In this document: positions 19,305 to 28,713 of the stretch, in pieces
Layout: the number at the start of each line of letters is the position of its first letter
How positions within the stretch are numbered: the first letter of the stretch is position 1
Origin: a virus
Length of the DNA: 64,000 nucleotides
Strand: one strand, 5' to 3'
IMG/VR virus record: IMGVR_UViG_3300029935_000002
Coordinates: 4,397-68,396 of that record
Program-made: the position numbers and the translations under genes
Notes under the pieces: generated by a model
What the model was told of the DNA's origin: nothing
Seen by the model: only the letters and a program-made list of their open reading frames with translations
Database searches by the model: none

Positions 19305-21047
19305 ATGACTGAACATACCCAAGAATCTAACATGGTAAATACAACTAATCAAGAAACGGTTGTAATCAATAACCCTGAACTTTCTCCTAAGAATATGCCT
19401 GATCCTTCTGATCACGATGACAACTTTGTACTTGAGGAAGTTCTTGAGCAAAGTAAAGAAGTAAAAGAAGAGAAAGTAGAAGTACCTGAACCCGTTGTTC
19501 AAGAACAGAAGGTTTCTAAACCTGAAGAGATCGAAACACTTGATCAGTTCTTAAGTGAGTTTGAAGATAGCTATAATCTTCCAGATCAAAAGAAAACTGC
19601 AACACAGTCTTACGCAACATCGACATCGGATAAAATCGGTTCCCCTGACACCGTCTCTATCCCTCCAACACCTTGGCGCGATGCTGATTCGTTAATTAAA
19701 CGCCTGCCGAACGCCATGGATTTCACCATGAGCGCACCTCAGCGTAAATGGATCGAGTCTCTTCAGTATGGTTTCCAAGGCAATAGCTCACTTGACGATG
19801 TCTACTCGGACCGTCTTGCTGAAGAAGGATCAGACTTTAAACAGCACGTCGAATACAACGGTAATACTTATCGAGGTCGCGCGCCTGTCTTTAAGCGTAA
19901 ACCCGGTTCACGTGAGATTGATGGCGAGAACGCACTGATTCAGCTGGTGACACACTTGGGCGTAGGTGGTCTTTTCCGTGCACCCTTGTGGAATACTGGA
20001 ATGTGGGTGACCTTTAAGCCTGCTACTGAAACAGAGCTTTTAGAACTGAATCGCCTCCTGCACAAAGACAAGATCCGTATGGGTCGTATCAGTCACGGTT
20101 TGGCGCTGTCGAACTATGTTGTCTATTCGGTCGAACTGGTCTTTGACTTTGCATTGCGTCACGTCTATAACACCAGTATTCGTTCTGAAGAACTCCCTCT
20201 GAACAATCTAAGGGATTGGATTTCGCCTCAGGATATCAACAGTTTCATTTGGGGATTCTTGTGCGCTAACTATCCTTCAGGTTTCCATTACATGACAGGG
20301 TGTGTCTCAAACCCTGTGAAGTGTAATCACGTTATCGAAGAGACGTTAAACGTTACAAAGCTTCAGTGGGTCGATAATAGTGATTTGACGGATTGGCAAA
20401 AGCAACATATGTCTTCAATGGCAGCCAATAGTAAGTCGCTCGATAGCCTTAAGCGCTATAAGGAAGAAATGAAGCGTGTACAAGCACGCCGTATTATTCT
20501 TCATGAAGGCACGAAACACGAATTGGCAATTACGCTCAAGACTCCGACGGTAACCGATTATATCCAGCAAGGACATAACTGGATCGGTGGAATCATCGAA
20601 AGCGTTAATGCTGCATTGGGTTTTGATGCCAATGATTCTGAACGTGAAGCGTATGTTAACACTGTCGGTAAAGCCACGACCTTGTGTCAATATAGCCACT
20701 GGATCGATTCAGTTGAATACGGTGAAATTACTGAAAGACCAGATAGTGGTGAAGAAGCCAGTAAGAACGTTATTACTGATCGAGATACCATTGATGAAAC
20801 TTTGAAACTTCTGAGTTCAACTGACTCAATCCGTGAAAAGATCATCGATGAGATTGTTAAGTATATTAATGACTCTACAATTTCAGTAATTGGTGTTCCG
20901 TCTTTTGATTGTCCTGCGTGTGGTCAATCTCAAGACCTTGAAAACATCTATCCGCGCCATACTTCAGTGATCCCCTTGGATGTGCTTAACGTTTTTTTCG
21001 AATTGATCTCTCAGCGAGTCACACGGATCGTTTCGCGCACGCGGTAA
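19305..21047 (+). CDS. Conserved 580-aa protein with C-terminal CPACG; putative tail/baseplate assembly chaperone; frameshift donor
   Basis: Acidic N-terminus, PSFDCPACG, slippery T TTT TTC at 20993-20999. Confidence 0.6.
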   Translation: MTEHTQESNMVNTTNQETVVINNPELSPKNMPDPSDHDDNFVLEEVLEQSKEVKEEKVEVPEPVVQEQKVSKPEEIETLDQFLSEFEDSYNLPDQKKTATQSYATSTSDKIGSPDTVSIPPTPWRDADSLIKRLPNAMDFTMSAPQRKWIESLQYGFQGNSSLDDVYSDRLAEEGSDFKQHVEYNGNTYRGRAPVFKRKPGSREIDGENALIQLVTHLGVGGLFRAPLWNTGMWVTFKPATETELLELNRLLHKDKIRMGRISHGLALSNYVVYSVELVFDFALRHVYNTSIRSEELPLNNLRDWISPQDINSFIWGFLCANYPSGFHYMTGCVSNPVKCNHVIEETLNVTKLQWVDNSDLTDWQKQHMSSMAANSKSLDSLKRYKEEMKRVQARRIILHEGTKHELAITLKTPTVTDYIQQGHNWIGGIIESVNAALGFDANDSEREAYVNTVGKATTLCQYSHWIDSVEYGEITERPDSGEEASKNVITDRDTIDETLKLLSSTDSIREKIIDEIVKYINDSTISVIGVPSFDCPACGQSQDLENIYPRHTSVIPLDVLNVFFELISQRVTRIVSRTR

Positions 21048-21451
21048 ATATAGGCGATTACCGATTTGCTTCAGTTGAAAAGACCGTTGACTTTATTAAC
21101 GAGATGGTCAGTAAACTACCTCGTCTAAGTCGAGTTGATGCGCAAATTGTGATGAGTGATTATTACGATGTGCGTTTTGGTCTTTTCAATCACGCTGAGA
21201 GTAAAGCACGGCCTCTTTCATCGGTTGCAATGTTCCCTTGTGAAAACTATACAGAGCGAGCCCCTTTGTATGATGCTTATAAGGAATACGCTGAAAGAAA
21301 TTATAAGGAGATCTGGGGACTTTCTGTTAAAGAGTTTCTAGATCTTCCGCAGTATATTGTTCGAATGATGCGCTCCATTACAGTTGACATCATGGCTTCT
21401 AAAGAAAGTGCAATCCATGAAGTAGAACAAAGTATGGGTATTAAAAAATAA
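20990..21451 (+). CDS. -1 frame ORF (ORF track 21104..21451), probable frameshift-fused C-terminal extension
   Basis: Frame opens after TAA at 20987-20989; no convincing RBS at ATG 21104; SVKEFLDLPQYIVRMM resembles tail chaperone T/gp51-type segments. Confidence 0.65.
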   Translation, partial: RFFRIDLSASHTDRFAHAVNIGDYRFASVEKTVDFINEMVSKLPRLSRVDAQIVMSDYYDVRFGLFNHAESKARPLSSVAMFPCENYTERAPLYDAYKEYAERNYKEIWGLSVKEFLDLPQYIVRMMRSITVDIMASKESAIHEVEQSMGIKK

Positions 21452-21460
21452 GTGATGATG

Positions 21461-21492
21461 ACAGAGGACTCGGCTAATGCCGAGTCCTCTGT
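21461..21492. terminator. Bidirectional terminator-like hairpin
   Basis: ACAGAGGACTCGGC-taat-GCCGAGTCCTCTGT between convergent genes. Confidence 0.75.
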
Positions 21493-21504
21493 TTATGATG
21501 TCAT

Positions 21505-23214
21505 TTAACCATTAACCGACTCACCTACAACAATCTTATCTTCATACTGCTCTGTCGTTCTAGGGTGAACAATGACCCCTGTAACCTGAACAGAAGGACG
21601 AATCCTTCGTTTAGCTTGAAAATATTCTCTCACTATTGATTCTGAGATATGGTCTAGGAAACGTTTTTTGTGCCCATTAGGCCAAGCATCAATGTTGTCA
21701 TATGGGAATGTCGGGATTGGTGAACTTGGACCAAAGCCATTAGTGCGGGTTCCACCTGACAATACTCGATAGATAGCTTCTAGCTCCCATTTCTCGATAT
21801 GTTTCTTATGTGCTAAACTATTAAAGTCAGGATCAATCTTTAATAATTCATTAATCGCACCAAGTACTTTAACTAAAACGTTTGGATACTTACTCAACCG
21901 ATCAAGTGCTGGTTGAATGGCCATGCTGATTTCAATCAACATCGAAACCCGAACATGATAGACACGCCGAAGATCAAGCGGTTTCTTTGAACGTAAAAGT
22001 AGATCACTTGTTAATTCAATCTCAATATCGTTAATCGGATATTCATCTCGATAAACACTAATATAAAAGAAAGAATGGAAGAGTTTAGTAGTATAGGGCG
22101 CTTCTAATTTTAGGAAGTTAAGGATATCTGAGTCGATCTCATAATCCCCGAGATCCTTTAAATCCATCAAAGTATGTTTATCATCTTCAATGAAACATAG
22201 TGCAGTCAAGACGGTTGCTGTGCCAGGTGCCGTTGTTTCCATCTTAAAATCATCAAAAGACGGAAGCGTAATATACGGGTAGGGTTCTCGAGTTGCCATA
22301 GCAATATGATCCCCTTCAAACATACTTAATGCCTCATACGACTTTGAGTAATACTTATTTTGAAAATAGGGATCTGGTTCACTCTGGATATGATTCAGAT
22401 ACTTCTCAGGAAGTAACTGGTTATGGACACTAATGGGGTAATGTAAATAAACCGCATCCGGTCTTTGATAGCTGAACTTATAGCTAAATGAAAGCTCCCA
22501 TGTTCCTGTTGCGTCATCTCTCGTAGGTGCTTCAGGGACACCAACAAAATCAAAGAACCCTTGAATTCGTGTTTGCTTCTCTGAGATAGCGAGATGTCGC
22601 ATTTCACCAGCACGATTTGCTAGGATCGTTAAACGATCTGAAGCGTGTTTTTCAAAGTAATCTTTGAAGGATTCTTGATAGCCTTCTACTTTTTCTCTAA
22701 GGCTCCAGACATCCTCTATAAGCCCTACAAAGGGATAAGGTAAGGGGTAGGTATACTTGACGTCATGTAAACTGATGTCACGGCCTCTAGCGGTCTTTAA
22801 AAGCATCTCCGCCATCCACCGTCTCACCTCTGTCTCACTAGGTGAACGATATCGGATATTGATGACGACATCTGAAGTTGTGTAGATTGGTCTTAAAGAA
22901 AGTTTAAGTTTACGATCTTCAAAGACAGGTGAATGTTCAAAAGCATGAACAAAGGTTTCTTGTACAGCATCAATTGCATACTTTTCATCGACATCAATAA
23001 AAGTATAGCGATCTGACCCAAAGCGCGCATCTTTTACATTAAGATCATCAATGCTTGTTCCTGGTGACTGAATCACATTTCTTTTACCCGCATAATAAAC
23101 ATGTGTTTCTTTAGAGAGTTGAGTGATCTCACAGATTTGATCTAAGATAGAGAAGATCACAGGACGCGCGACAGACTGTTCAATGTCTGCAAGTGTTAAG
23201 CTTATACTTGGCAT
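21505..23214 (-). CDS. Virion structural protein, possibly neck/tail (569 aa)
   Basis: Long beta-rich ORF downstream of MCP; function inferred from context only. Confidence 0.45.
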   Translation of the reverse strand: MPSISLTLADIEQSVARPVIFSILDQICEITQLSKETHVYYAGKRNVIQSPGTSIDDLNVKDARFGSDRYTFIDVDEKYAIDAVQETFVHAFEHSPVFEDRKLKLSLRPIYTTSDVVINIRYRSPSETEVRRWMAEMLLKTARGRDISLHDVKYTYPLPYPFVGLIEDVWSLREKVEGYQESFKDYFEKHASDRLTILANRAGEMRHLAISEKQTRIQGFFDFVGVPEAPTRDDATGTWELSFSYKFSYQRPDAVYLHYPISVHNQLLPEKYLNHIQSEPDPYFQNKYYSKSYEALSMFEGDHIAMATREPYPYITLPSFDDFKMETTAPGTATVLTALCFIEDDKHTLMDLKDLGDYEIDSDILNFLKLEAPYTTKLFHSFFYISVYRDEYPINDIEIELTSDLLLRSKKPLDLRRVYHVRVSMLIEISMAIQPALDRLSKYPNVLVKVLGAINELLKIDPDFNSLAHKKHIEKWELEAIYRVLSGGTRTNGFGPSSPIPTFPYDNIDAWPNGHKKRFLDHISESIVREYFQAKRRIRPSVQVTGVIVHPRTTEQYEDKIVVGESVNG

Positions 23215-23265
23215 GATGGATTCCTTTTATAATCTCAATTCACTGGATCTTCTACAGACAACATA

Positions 23266-23300
23266 AGACTACAGTCCGCCTTATGAGCGGACTGTAGTCT
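23266..23300 (-). terminator. MCP terminator hairpin
   Basis: AGACTACAGTCCGC-cttatga-GCGGACTGTAGTCT. Confidence 0.75.
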
Positions 23301-23325
23301 ATTTAGAACTTTAAGCGAGTAATGC

Positions 23326-25488
23326 TTAGACGTTCTTGAACAGCAGCGGCATCTTCAGGAAGACGTCGGGCACGTTCACGAATTGCAGCATGGTCGCGAC
23401 CGGCAGATGCATAACGAAGCGATAACGCGGCTGCACGATGGTTTCACGCGACAGCGATTCACCACGCGGCACGGAAGCCGACATCACCACTTCAGGCGAC
23501 CAGACCAGGTTACCCCAGGACAGCAGATTCGGCGCTTGGTTACGGTTCTCATCAAAGACCGAGAAGGTCATGAAGAGCTTACCGGCCATACGACGATCCA
23601 GCGTCGAGACGATACGGACGTTGAACTTCTCGGTCAGCGTACGCAGGTCGCCATCAACGGTCAGGTAACGATGCAGCACCGGATCCGTCGCGATCACGAT
23701 GGTCGGTGCACCCGCCACACCCAGCGCAGAAGCAGCAGCCGGATATTCCGATTCCACGTACATACGGAACGCGTAGTCACGAACGATGTTCACGATCGCG
23801 GCTTGCAGATCCTTCACACGCTGAACGCTCGAGAGCGAATCAACGATAGTCGTAACGTCGATCGGAGCCGGACCGAAGAAGGTCGGCTTGACGTGGAAAC
23901 GCGCAGCGCCCAGTGCCGAGGGGATCTCGTCACCCACCACGCCCGAACGCACGTGCTCGTCGAGCATCATGACGTTGTCGAGGATCGCGGTCACGGCGTC
24001 GTTCTTCAGACGGAAGCGTGTTGCGGTCACCAGAGCTTCGAAGTCACCAGCGTCCAATTGGCCGTCGGTGTTTTGCGGGCGCTGAGCGGTGATCGGCGAG
24101 AGCAGCGGCACTTCGTACAGCTGGGTGAAGCTGTTACGATCGATGAAATCACCACGCTCACGCATGTTGATGTTCGTACGATAGGCACGCAGGTCGTAAC
24201 CAACGATCTGAGCCGAAGCAAAGAGCGTGGCCAGATCTTGCACAGCAGCGTTGGAAGCAGGCAGCGCGACGCCGTCTTCGTCCAGCACCTTCACGATGGC
24301 AACCTTGTTACCATAGACAACGACCGAACCGAATTCCGTGTTTGCTTCACCGGTCGCAGCCAGTTCCACCACCACAGTCAGGTTGTCCGACACCACCGGA
24401 GCCAGCGAAACCAGCGCGCCACCGTCGTAACGCACGGTCTTAGCGTTGATGTTCAGCGCCTTGGTACGGAAGTTCAGGTTACGCTGCTTGTCCAGACCTT
24501 GCGGAGCATACGCAAAGTTGGCCGTCGGCTGCGAGTAGACATTAAAGGCGACGATATCGTCACCGATCTTAACGTACACTTTTTCCAGGGACACAGCCGG
24601 ATCCAGCGTGTCGGTCTGGTTAGCCATACCACCGTCGAGCATCGCGTCGGTCTGCGACAGACCAATGATACCCACGTCCACACCCGTGCGATACGGAGCG
24701 GTCGAGATGGTCACGCCTTCGTTGTCAATGTCACGCGGAGCAATCAGCGCAGCATCAACAAACTTATCAGCCGAAGCCGGACGAACCACCGGGAAGATGC
24801 GGGTCTTTTCTTTCAGCAGGACATTATGGTCCGCTTCAGCGCGCATCAGGTCAACCTTGTTGAATTCCACGACCTTACCGTCGATGGTGTGCGAAACACC
24901 ACGGTGAACGGTCAGACGGTTCACAACAATACCAAAGCCAACTTGGTCAGCAGGCAGGGTCAGGGTCGGCCAAATGGTTTCACCAAACTCGTCTTGACGA
25001 GCGACCGAGTAGTTGTAGGCCATCGTGTACAGCACGGCACTACGGGTTTCACGGTTGTCGAACGCTTCAGCAGCAAAAATGTTCGAGCGATGACCGACGT
25101 AGTCAGGCACGCCACCGGCCGGAACCACGAACTGGTTCTTGGTCGAGTGCGTCGGGAAGTCAACCTTACGACCCACGAAGGAAGCCGGAGCGGCAGCACA
25201 CAGCGCACCAACGATAGCGGCCGATTCTTGCACCATGGTTTGGCGCTTATCAGCCAGACCCAGCGAACCCACGACCGAAGCCAGGGTGGCTTGCAGGTTG
25301 GAAGCAGCCGATTGAATCTGAACCATTTCCGGCTCAGCCAGGGCTTCAGTCGCGAAAACGCGGCTACCCAGTTGGGACGAGACCGGTGCCTTGTCCAGCA
25401 GTGCTGCGTTAAGCTCATTGAGCAGGCGCGCATCGCTCGAAGCGGCATAGCGACGATCGCTGCGGAGAACAATATCCACGTGTTCCAT
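23326..25488 (-). CDS. Major capsid protein (phiKZ gp120-like, 720 aa)
   Basis: AAEAFDNRETR processing region, QDEFGETIWPTLTL, TIVQPRYRFVMHLP; strongest GC-rich codon bias; adjacent to DnaB as in phiKZ-like phages. Confidence 0.9.
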   Translation of the reverse strand: MEHVDIVLRSDRRYAASSDARLLNELNAALLDKAPVSSQLGSRVFATEALAEPEMVQIQSAASNLQATLASVVGSLGLADKRQTMVQESAAIVGALCAAAPASFVGRKVDFPTHSTKNQFVVPAGGVPDYVGHRSNIFAAEAFDNRETRSAVLYTMAYNYSVARQDEFGETIWPTLTLPADQVGFGIVVNRLTVHRGVSHTIDGKVVEFNKVDLMRAEADHNVLLKEKTRIFPVVRPASADKFVDAALIAPRDIDNEGVTISTAPYRTGVDVGIIGLSQTDAMLDGGMANQTDTLDPAVSLEKVYVKIGDDIVAFNVYSQPTANFAYAPQGLDKQRNLNFRTKALNINAKTVRYDGGALVSLAPVVSDNLTVVVELAATGEANTEFGSVVVYGNKVAIVKVLDEDGVALPASNAAVQDLATLFASAQIVGYDLRAYRTNINMRERGDFIDRNSFTQLYEVPLLSPITAQRPQNTDGQLDAGDFEALVTATRFRLKNDAVTAILDNVMMLDEHVRSGVVGDEIPSALGAARFHVKPTFFGPAPIDVTTIVDSLSSVQRVKDLQAAIVNIVRDYAFRMYVESEYPAAASALGVAGAPTIVIATDPVLHRYLTVDGDLRTLTEKFNVRIVSTLDRRMAGKLFMTFSVFDENRNQAPNLLSWGNLVWSPEVVMSASVPRGESLSRETIVQPRYRFVMHLPVATMLQFVNVPDVFLKMPLLFKNV

Positions 25489-25540
25489 GAAAAGGATCCT
25501 TTTTTGAGTTGAAAAACTACCTAGCTAGGTCTACGACTAC

Positions 25541-26215
25541 TCAAGCCCGGAGAGCTTGGAGATACTGATTGTACCACACAGTGCGATTAACAGTTTGAAT
25601 AGGACAAACTGCATACGCAGACTTCAGGACTTGTGTAAGAAAGGCCAGGCGGTGAGCCTGTTCCTCGACATGACTGAGGAACCCTTCTTCCACAATGATA
25701 TACAGGGTCGACGCCACACAAACAATTTTGTAAAAGCACGGTGAATCATCTTTTTGCTTTACAGGAAAGTCTGAGGACACCCAGGAAAGACCATCCATGC
25801 CATCAGGAATCTCTTTTAAACGACCAAGTGCTTCCTTAACGACACGCTCATCTTGACACATGTACTTAATGGTTGATGAAATCTCTTTAGCTTCTTCCTC
25901 TGTAAAACGAGGACGATCACCCACGCTATAAGAGGCTTTTTCAATAAAAGAACCGATATCTGAAATACTGACGTTACTTTTATCCAGAAGGGCTTTTTGA
26001 CCAAATAGACGTAGCCTTAGAATTTCTAAATGCGCTACATCTTCCAGAGAAGCCACTTGACGAAGTTTCCCGTAATCATGGATCTCCATCAGATTAAACT
26101 TAGATGTAAAGATTCGATAAATCCAAGCTGGTAATACATAGACATCAAGCTTAGACTGGAGAGATGTATCGACGACGTCTTCATCTCTTACAGGGGCATT
26201 AACCGCAAGACTCAT
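25541..26215 (-). CDS. Conserved hypothetical protein between MCP and DnaB (224 aa)
   Basis: GGAG RBS; position equivalent to phiKZ gp119. Confidence 0.6.
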   Translation of the reverse strand: MSLAVNAPVRDEDVVDTSLQSKLDVYVLPAWIYRIFTSKFNLMEIHDYGKLRQVASLEDVAHLEILRLRLFGQKALLDKSNVSISDIGSFIEKASYSVGDRPRFTEEEAKEISSTIKYMCQDERVVKEALGRLKEIPDGMDGLSWVSSDFPVKQKDDSPCFYKIVCVASTLYIIVEEGFLSHVEEQAHRLAFLTQVLKSAYAVCPIQTVNRTVWYNQYLQALRA

Positions 26216-26319
26216 ATATGCTCCAAATTAAAATAAGGTTTAAAAAAGAAGACGCCCTTAATCCTTTGACCCCGAGACGGGGATAAAGAATAATTAACGA
26301 AAGACAATGGCAATCTACT

Positions 26320-27474
26320 ATGACCGATCCTAATATCCTACTGTCCAAATGCTTGACCCTTTTGTATCGTGAGTCACAGCTCGAGAATAATACAGAAAAT
26401 AGCTCAGACCTCATCCGAACCACCGTTGAAAAACTCAAGATCAACGATACCGTAATCGGTATCCCAACACGTCGAGATGCTTCATTGGCTTTGAAGTTCT
26501 TAGTGCTAGAGATGTGTCGAAATGGCCCTGAGCATACGTACGATGCACACGAGCTGCTTCAGCAGATTCGGATTATTACAAATGGCGATGAGAATCTTTA
26601 TACTGCCATCGCACAAGGGATTGAGACCGAGCTCAATCCGACAATGCTTAAAAGAACCATCACCAATATTCGAAAGACGGTTTCTAACTACTTTCGAGAA
26701 CAAAGAATCTCTGAAATCGTCAGCAAAGCCAATCGAGATTTAAGCTTTGGACGTCATAACATTTCAGACCTGAGTCAATACATTCGAAATTTGATCTTAG
26801 AACTTGAGATTACCTCTTCTAAGTCCGTCGCTAAAGATCCTGCTATTGTTAAGACCATGGACTTAGGTGATGATAATTCTCTAAAAGAAGTTTTTGAGAA
26901 TGTCGCAAGTTCAAATTCAGAAGACTTGGCTTTTGCTACAGGTTGGCGTGAGTTAAACGAAGCGCTTCAGGGTGGTCCTCGTCCTGGAGACACCATGGTC
27001 ATTGGTGCACTTCAGCATAACTATAAGACAGGCTTCTCATTGTCGATGTTTGCTCATATGGCTGTTTATAATAAACCCAAGACAAAAGATCCCAATAAGA
27101 AGCCTTTGATGTATCGGGTTACTTTTGAAGATCCGATTCGAAACAATGCTCAGTTTCTCTATCAACTTCTTAAGTATGACGAAACTAAGCAACCAATCGA
27201 TGTCAAAGGCGTCACGGTTGACGAGATGGTGCAGTATGTCAAGAAACGTCTCCAGGTCAATGGCTATCACATTCTAATGGATGAAGTCAATCCGTCTAAC
27301 TGGACATATCAGTCACTGATCAATCGTGTCATTGAACTGGAATCCCAAGGCTATGTGGTTGAAGTCTTGGCTGTGGATTACCTGATGAAGCTTCCTACAA
27401 CAGGATGCACTCAAGGATCTACCGGTGACGATGTCTTGGATATGTTGTCCAGGCTTCGAAACTATTGTTCTGCT
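26320..27474 (+). CDS. dnaB: DnaB-like replicative helicase, exon 1
   Basis: ATGWRELNEALQGGPRPG, Walker A GALQHNYKT, Walker B LAVDYL; ends ...LRNYCSA at the intron. Confidence 0.9.
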
Positions 27475-27855
27475 TAACATTTGTCAGGCCTCTGCATTAG
27501 TAATAATGCAGTTTGAATTCTCTGAATTGCGGGAAACCCCTAAAGCTGTCTCACCAAAGCGAAGTGTGAAAACACAGACGTCATGGTTTAAAAACGAGAC
27601 GGATGCGACATGATGTCAAAATGGGCAACCGTGGGTCCTAAGGACCCCTTTCGCAGCTAAGCACCTAACGCATGCGGGTGATCCGCGCCATGGTGAAAGT
27701 TCAACGACTAACCCTTTAGAAAGGTGTAGAGCCAAGCGGCTCGAAGCGGGGAACATCCTTTTAGGATGAAGATATAGTCTGTTCTGCATGGAAACATGCA
27801 GCGTTTGCAGGTCATGCTGCGGGATAGGAAGTCGCGAACCTATCTGAACAACAAG
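27475..27855 (+). ncRNA. Group I self-splicing intron (IA-type, P7.1/P7.2 present), 381 nt, no homing endonuclease
   Basis: P AATTGCGGGAAA (27525), Q TCGCAGCTAAG (27651), R GTTCAACGACTA (27699), S AAGATATAGTCT (27769); P3, P7, P8, P9 pairings; 5' exon ends in U, intron ends in G; removal restores the frame. Confidence 0.93.
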
Positions 27856-28233
27856 CACGGCATACTTTTCATAACACCACATCAGCTATCGACCGATGCA
27901 AAACGTCTTCTTCAAAATACGCCTCAAGAACAGTTCTTGCACGCCATTAAAGGTGGGGGTTTCTTTGAGAAGACAAAAGGTCTTGATAGAATCTACGATA
28001 TCGGCGTGCTAATTAACAAAGCTGAGACTCCAGCTGGAGACTTTTTACACGTAGTTATTGATAAACATCGATTCCCGACTGTGGTCGAATCATCTGCAAA
28101 GAGTTTTTATTTGGCTTTTCCAGCTTGTAAAGCTCCTATACCGTCAAATTTAGAAAATCCTGATCATAAAGTACTTCGAAGAATTCCAAGGTCAGTTGTC
28201 AGTAGAGACGATGATCTTTTCAAACTGAGTTAA
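27856..28233 (+). CDS. dnaB: DnaB-like helicase, exon 2 (spliced product about 510 aa)
   Basis: HGILFITPHQLSTDAK...LHVVIDKHRF are DnaB motifs H3/H4. Confidence 0.9.
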   Translation, partial: HGILFITPHQLSTDAKRLLQNTPQEQFLHAIKGGGFFEKTKGLDRIYDIGVLINKAETPAGDFLHVVIDKHRFPTVVESSAKSFYLAFPACKAPIPSNLENPDHKVLRRIPRSVVSRDDDLFKLS

Positions 28234-28247
28234 AAGGAAATTTCAAT

Positions 28248-28643
28248 ATGCTTCCGCATCAAAAACGTGTTATTGAAGAAAAAGCTGAACTCAGTGAGAA
28301 ACTGACTAAGCTTCGTCAATTCTTTTTATCAGAACAGTATTACTCTCTTGATAAAGAAGAAGCAGAACGACTTAAGAAACAAGCCGATGCAATGCAAGTT
28401 TATTGCGATATTCTTTCAGAACGCATTAGTCATTTTGAAGTGAAGAAAGCAGCTAGTCATCCAGATGTTCCTCGACCAACGAATGAATACCTTAAACAAC
28501 TTGCTTATGAGCTCTGTATTGCTATTGAGCGTTGTGGTGCTTCTCCTGAACTTACCAAAGCAAGTATGTTAGCAAGTGATCTTCATACCTATCTTTCTAA
28601 GCCTGATCTTGAAAAGAAAGAACTTAGAGAACGTTTAGACTGA
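28248..28643 (+). CDS. crAss001_48-like small protein (131 aa)
   Basis: MLPHQKRVIEEKAELSEKLTKL...KQADAMQVYCDILSERI matches the recalled family pattern. Confidence 0.6.
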   Translation: MLPHQKRVIEEKAELSEKLTKLRQFFLSEQYYSLDKEEAERLKKQADAMQVYCDILSERISHFEVKKAASHPDVPRPTNEYLKQLAYELCIAIERCGASPELTKASMLASDLHTYLSKPDLEKKELRERLD

Positions 28644-28673
28644 TTTATTAAAGAAAAAAGATAGTAGAGATTA

Positions 28674-28709
28674 TACACAGGGACTGTCCAAAAGGACAGT
28701 CCCTGTGTA
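28674..28709. terminator. Bidirectional terminator-like hairpin
   Basis: TACACAGGGACTGTCC-aaaa-GGACAGTCCCTGTGTA. Confidence 0.75.
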
Positions 28710-28713
28710 GCCA

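Noticed and set aside
23383-25512. 709-aa plus-strand ORF opposite MCP (also 74..619, 31334..32695, 55957..57153, 57457..58212, 58001..58759, 59942..60430)
   Set aside because: Antisense shadows of strongly codon-biased genes; no RBS or motifs, and H/R/D-rich composition typical of reverse-frame reads.
27796-27855. ATG 27796 as an independent start for a second helicase subunit
   Set aside because: These 20 codons lie in intron P9 stems; splicing restores a contiguous DnaB motif.
27425-27882. Short ORFs overlapping the intron (62 aa plus, 88 aa minus) as a homing endonuclease
   Set aside because: No LAGLIDADG, GIY-YIG or HNH motif, too short, and they run through the ribozyme core.
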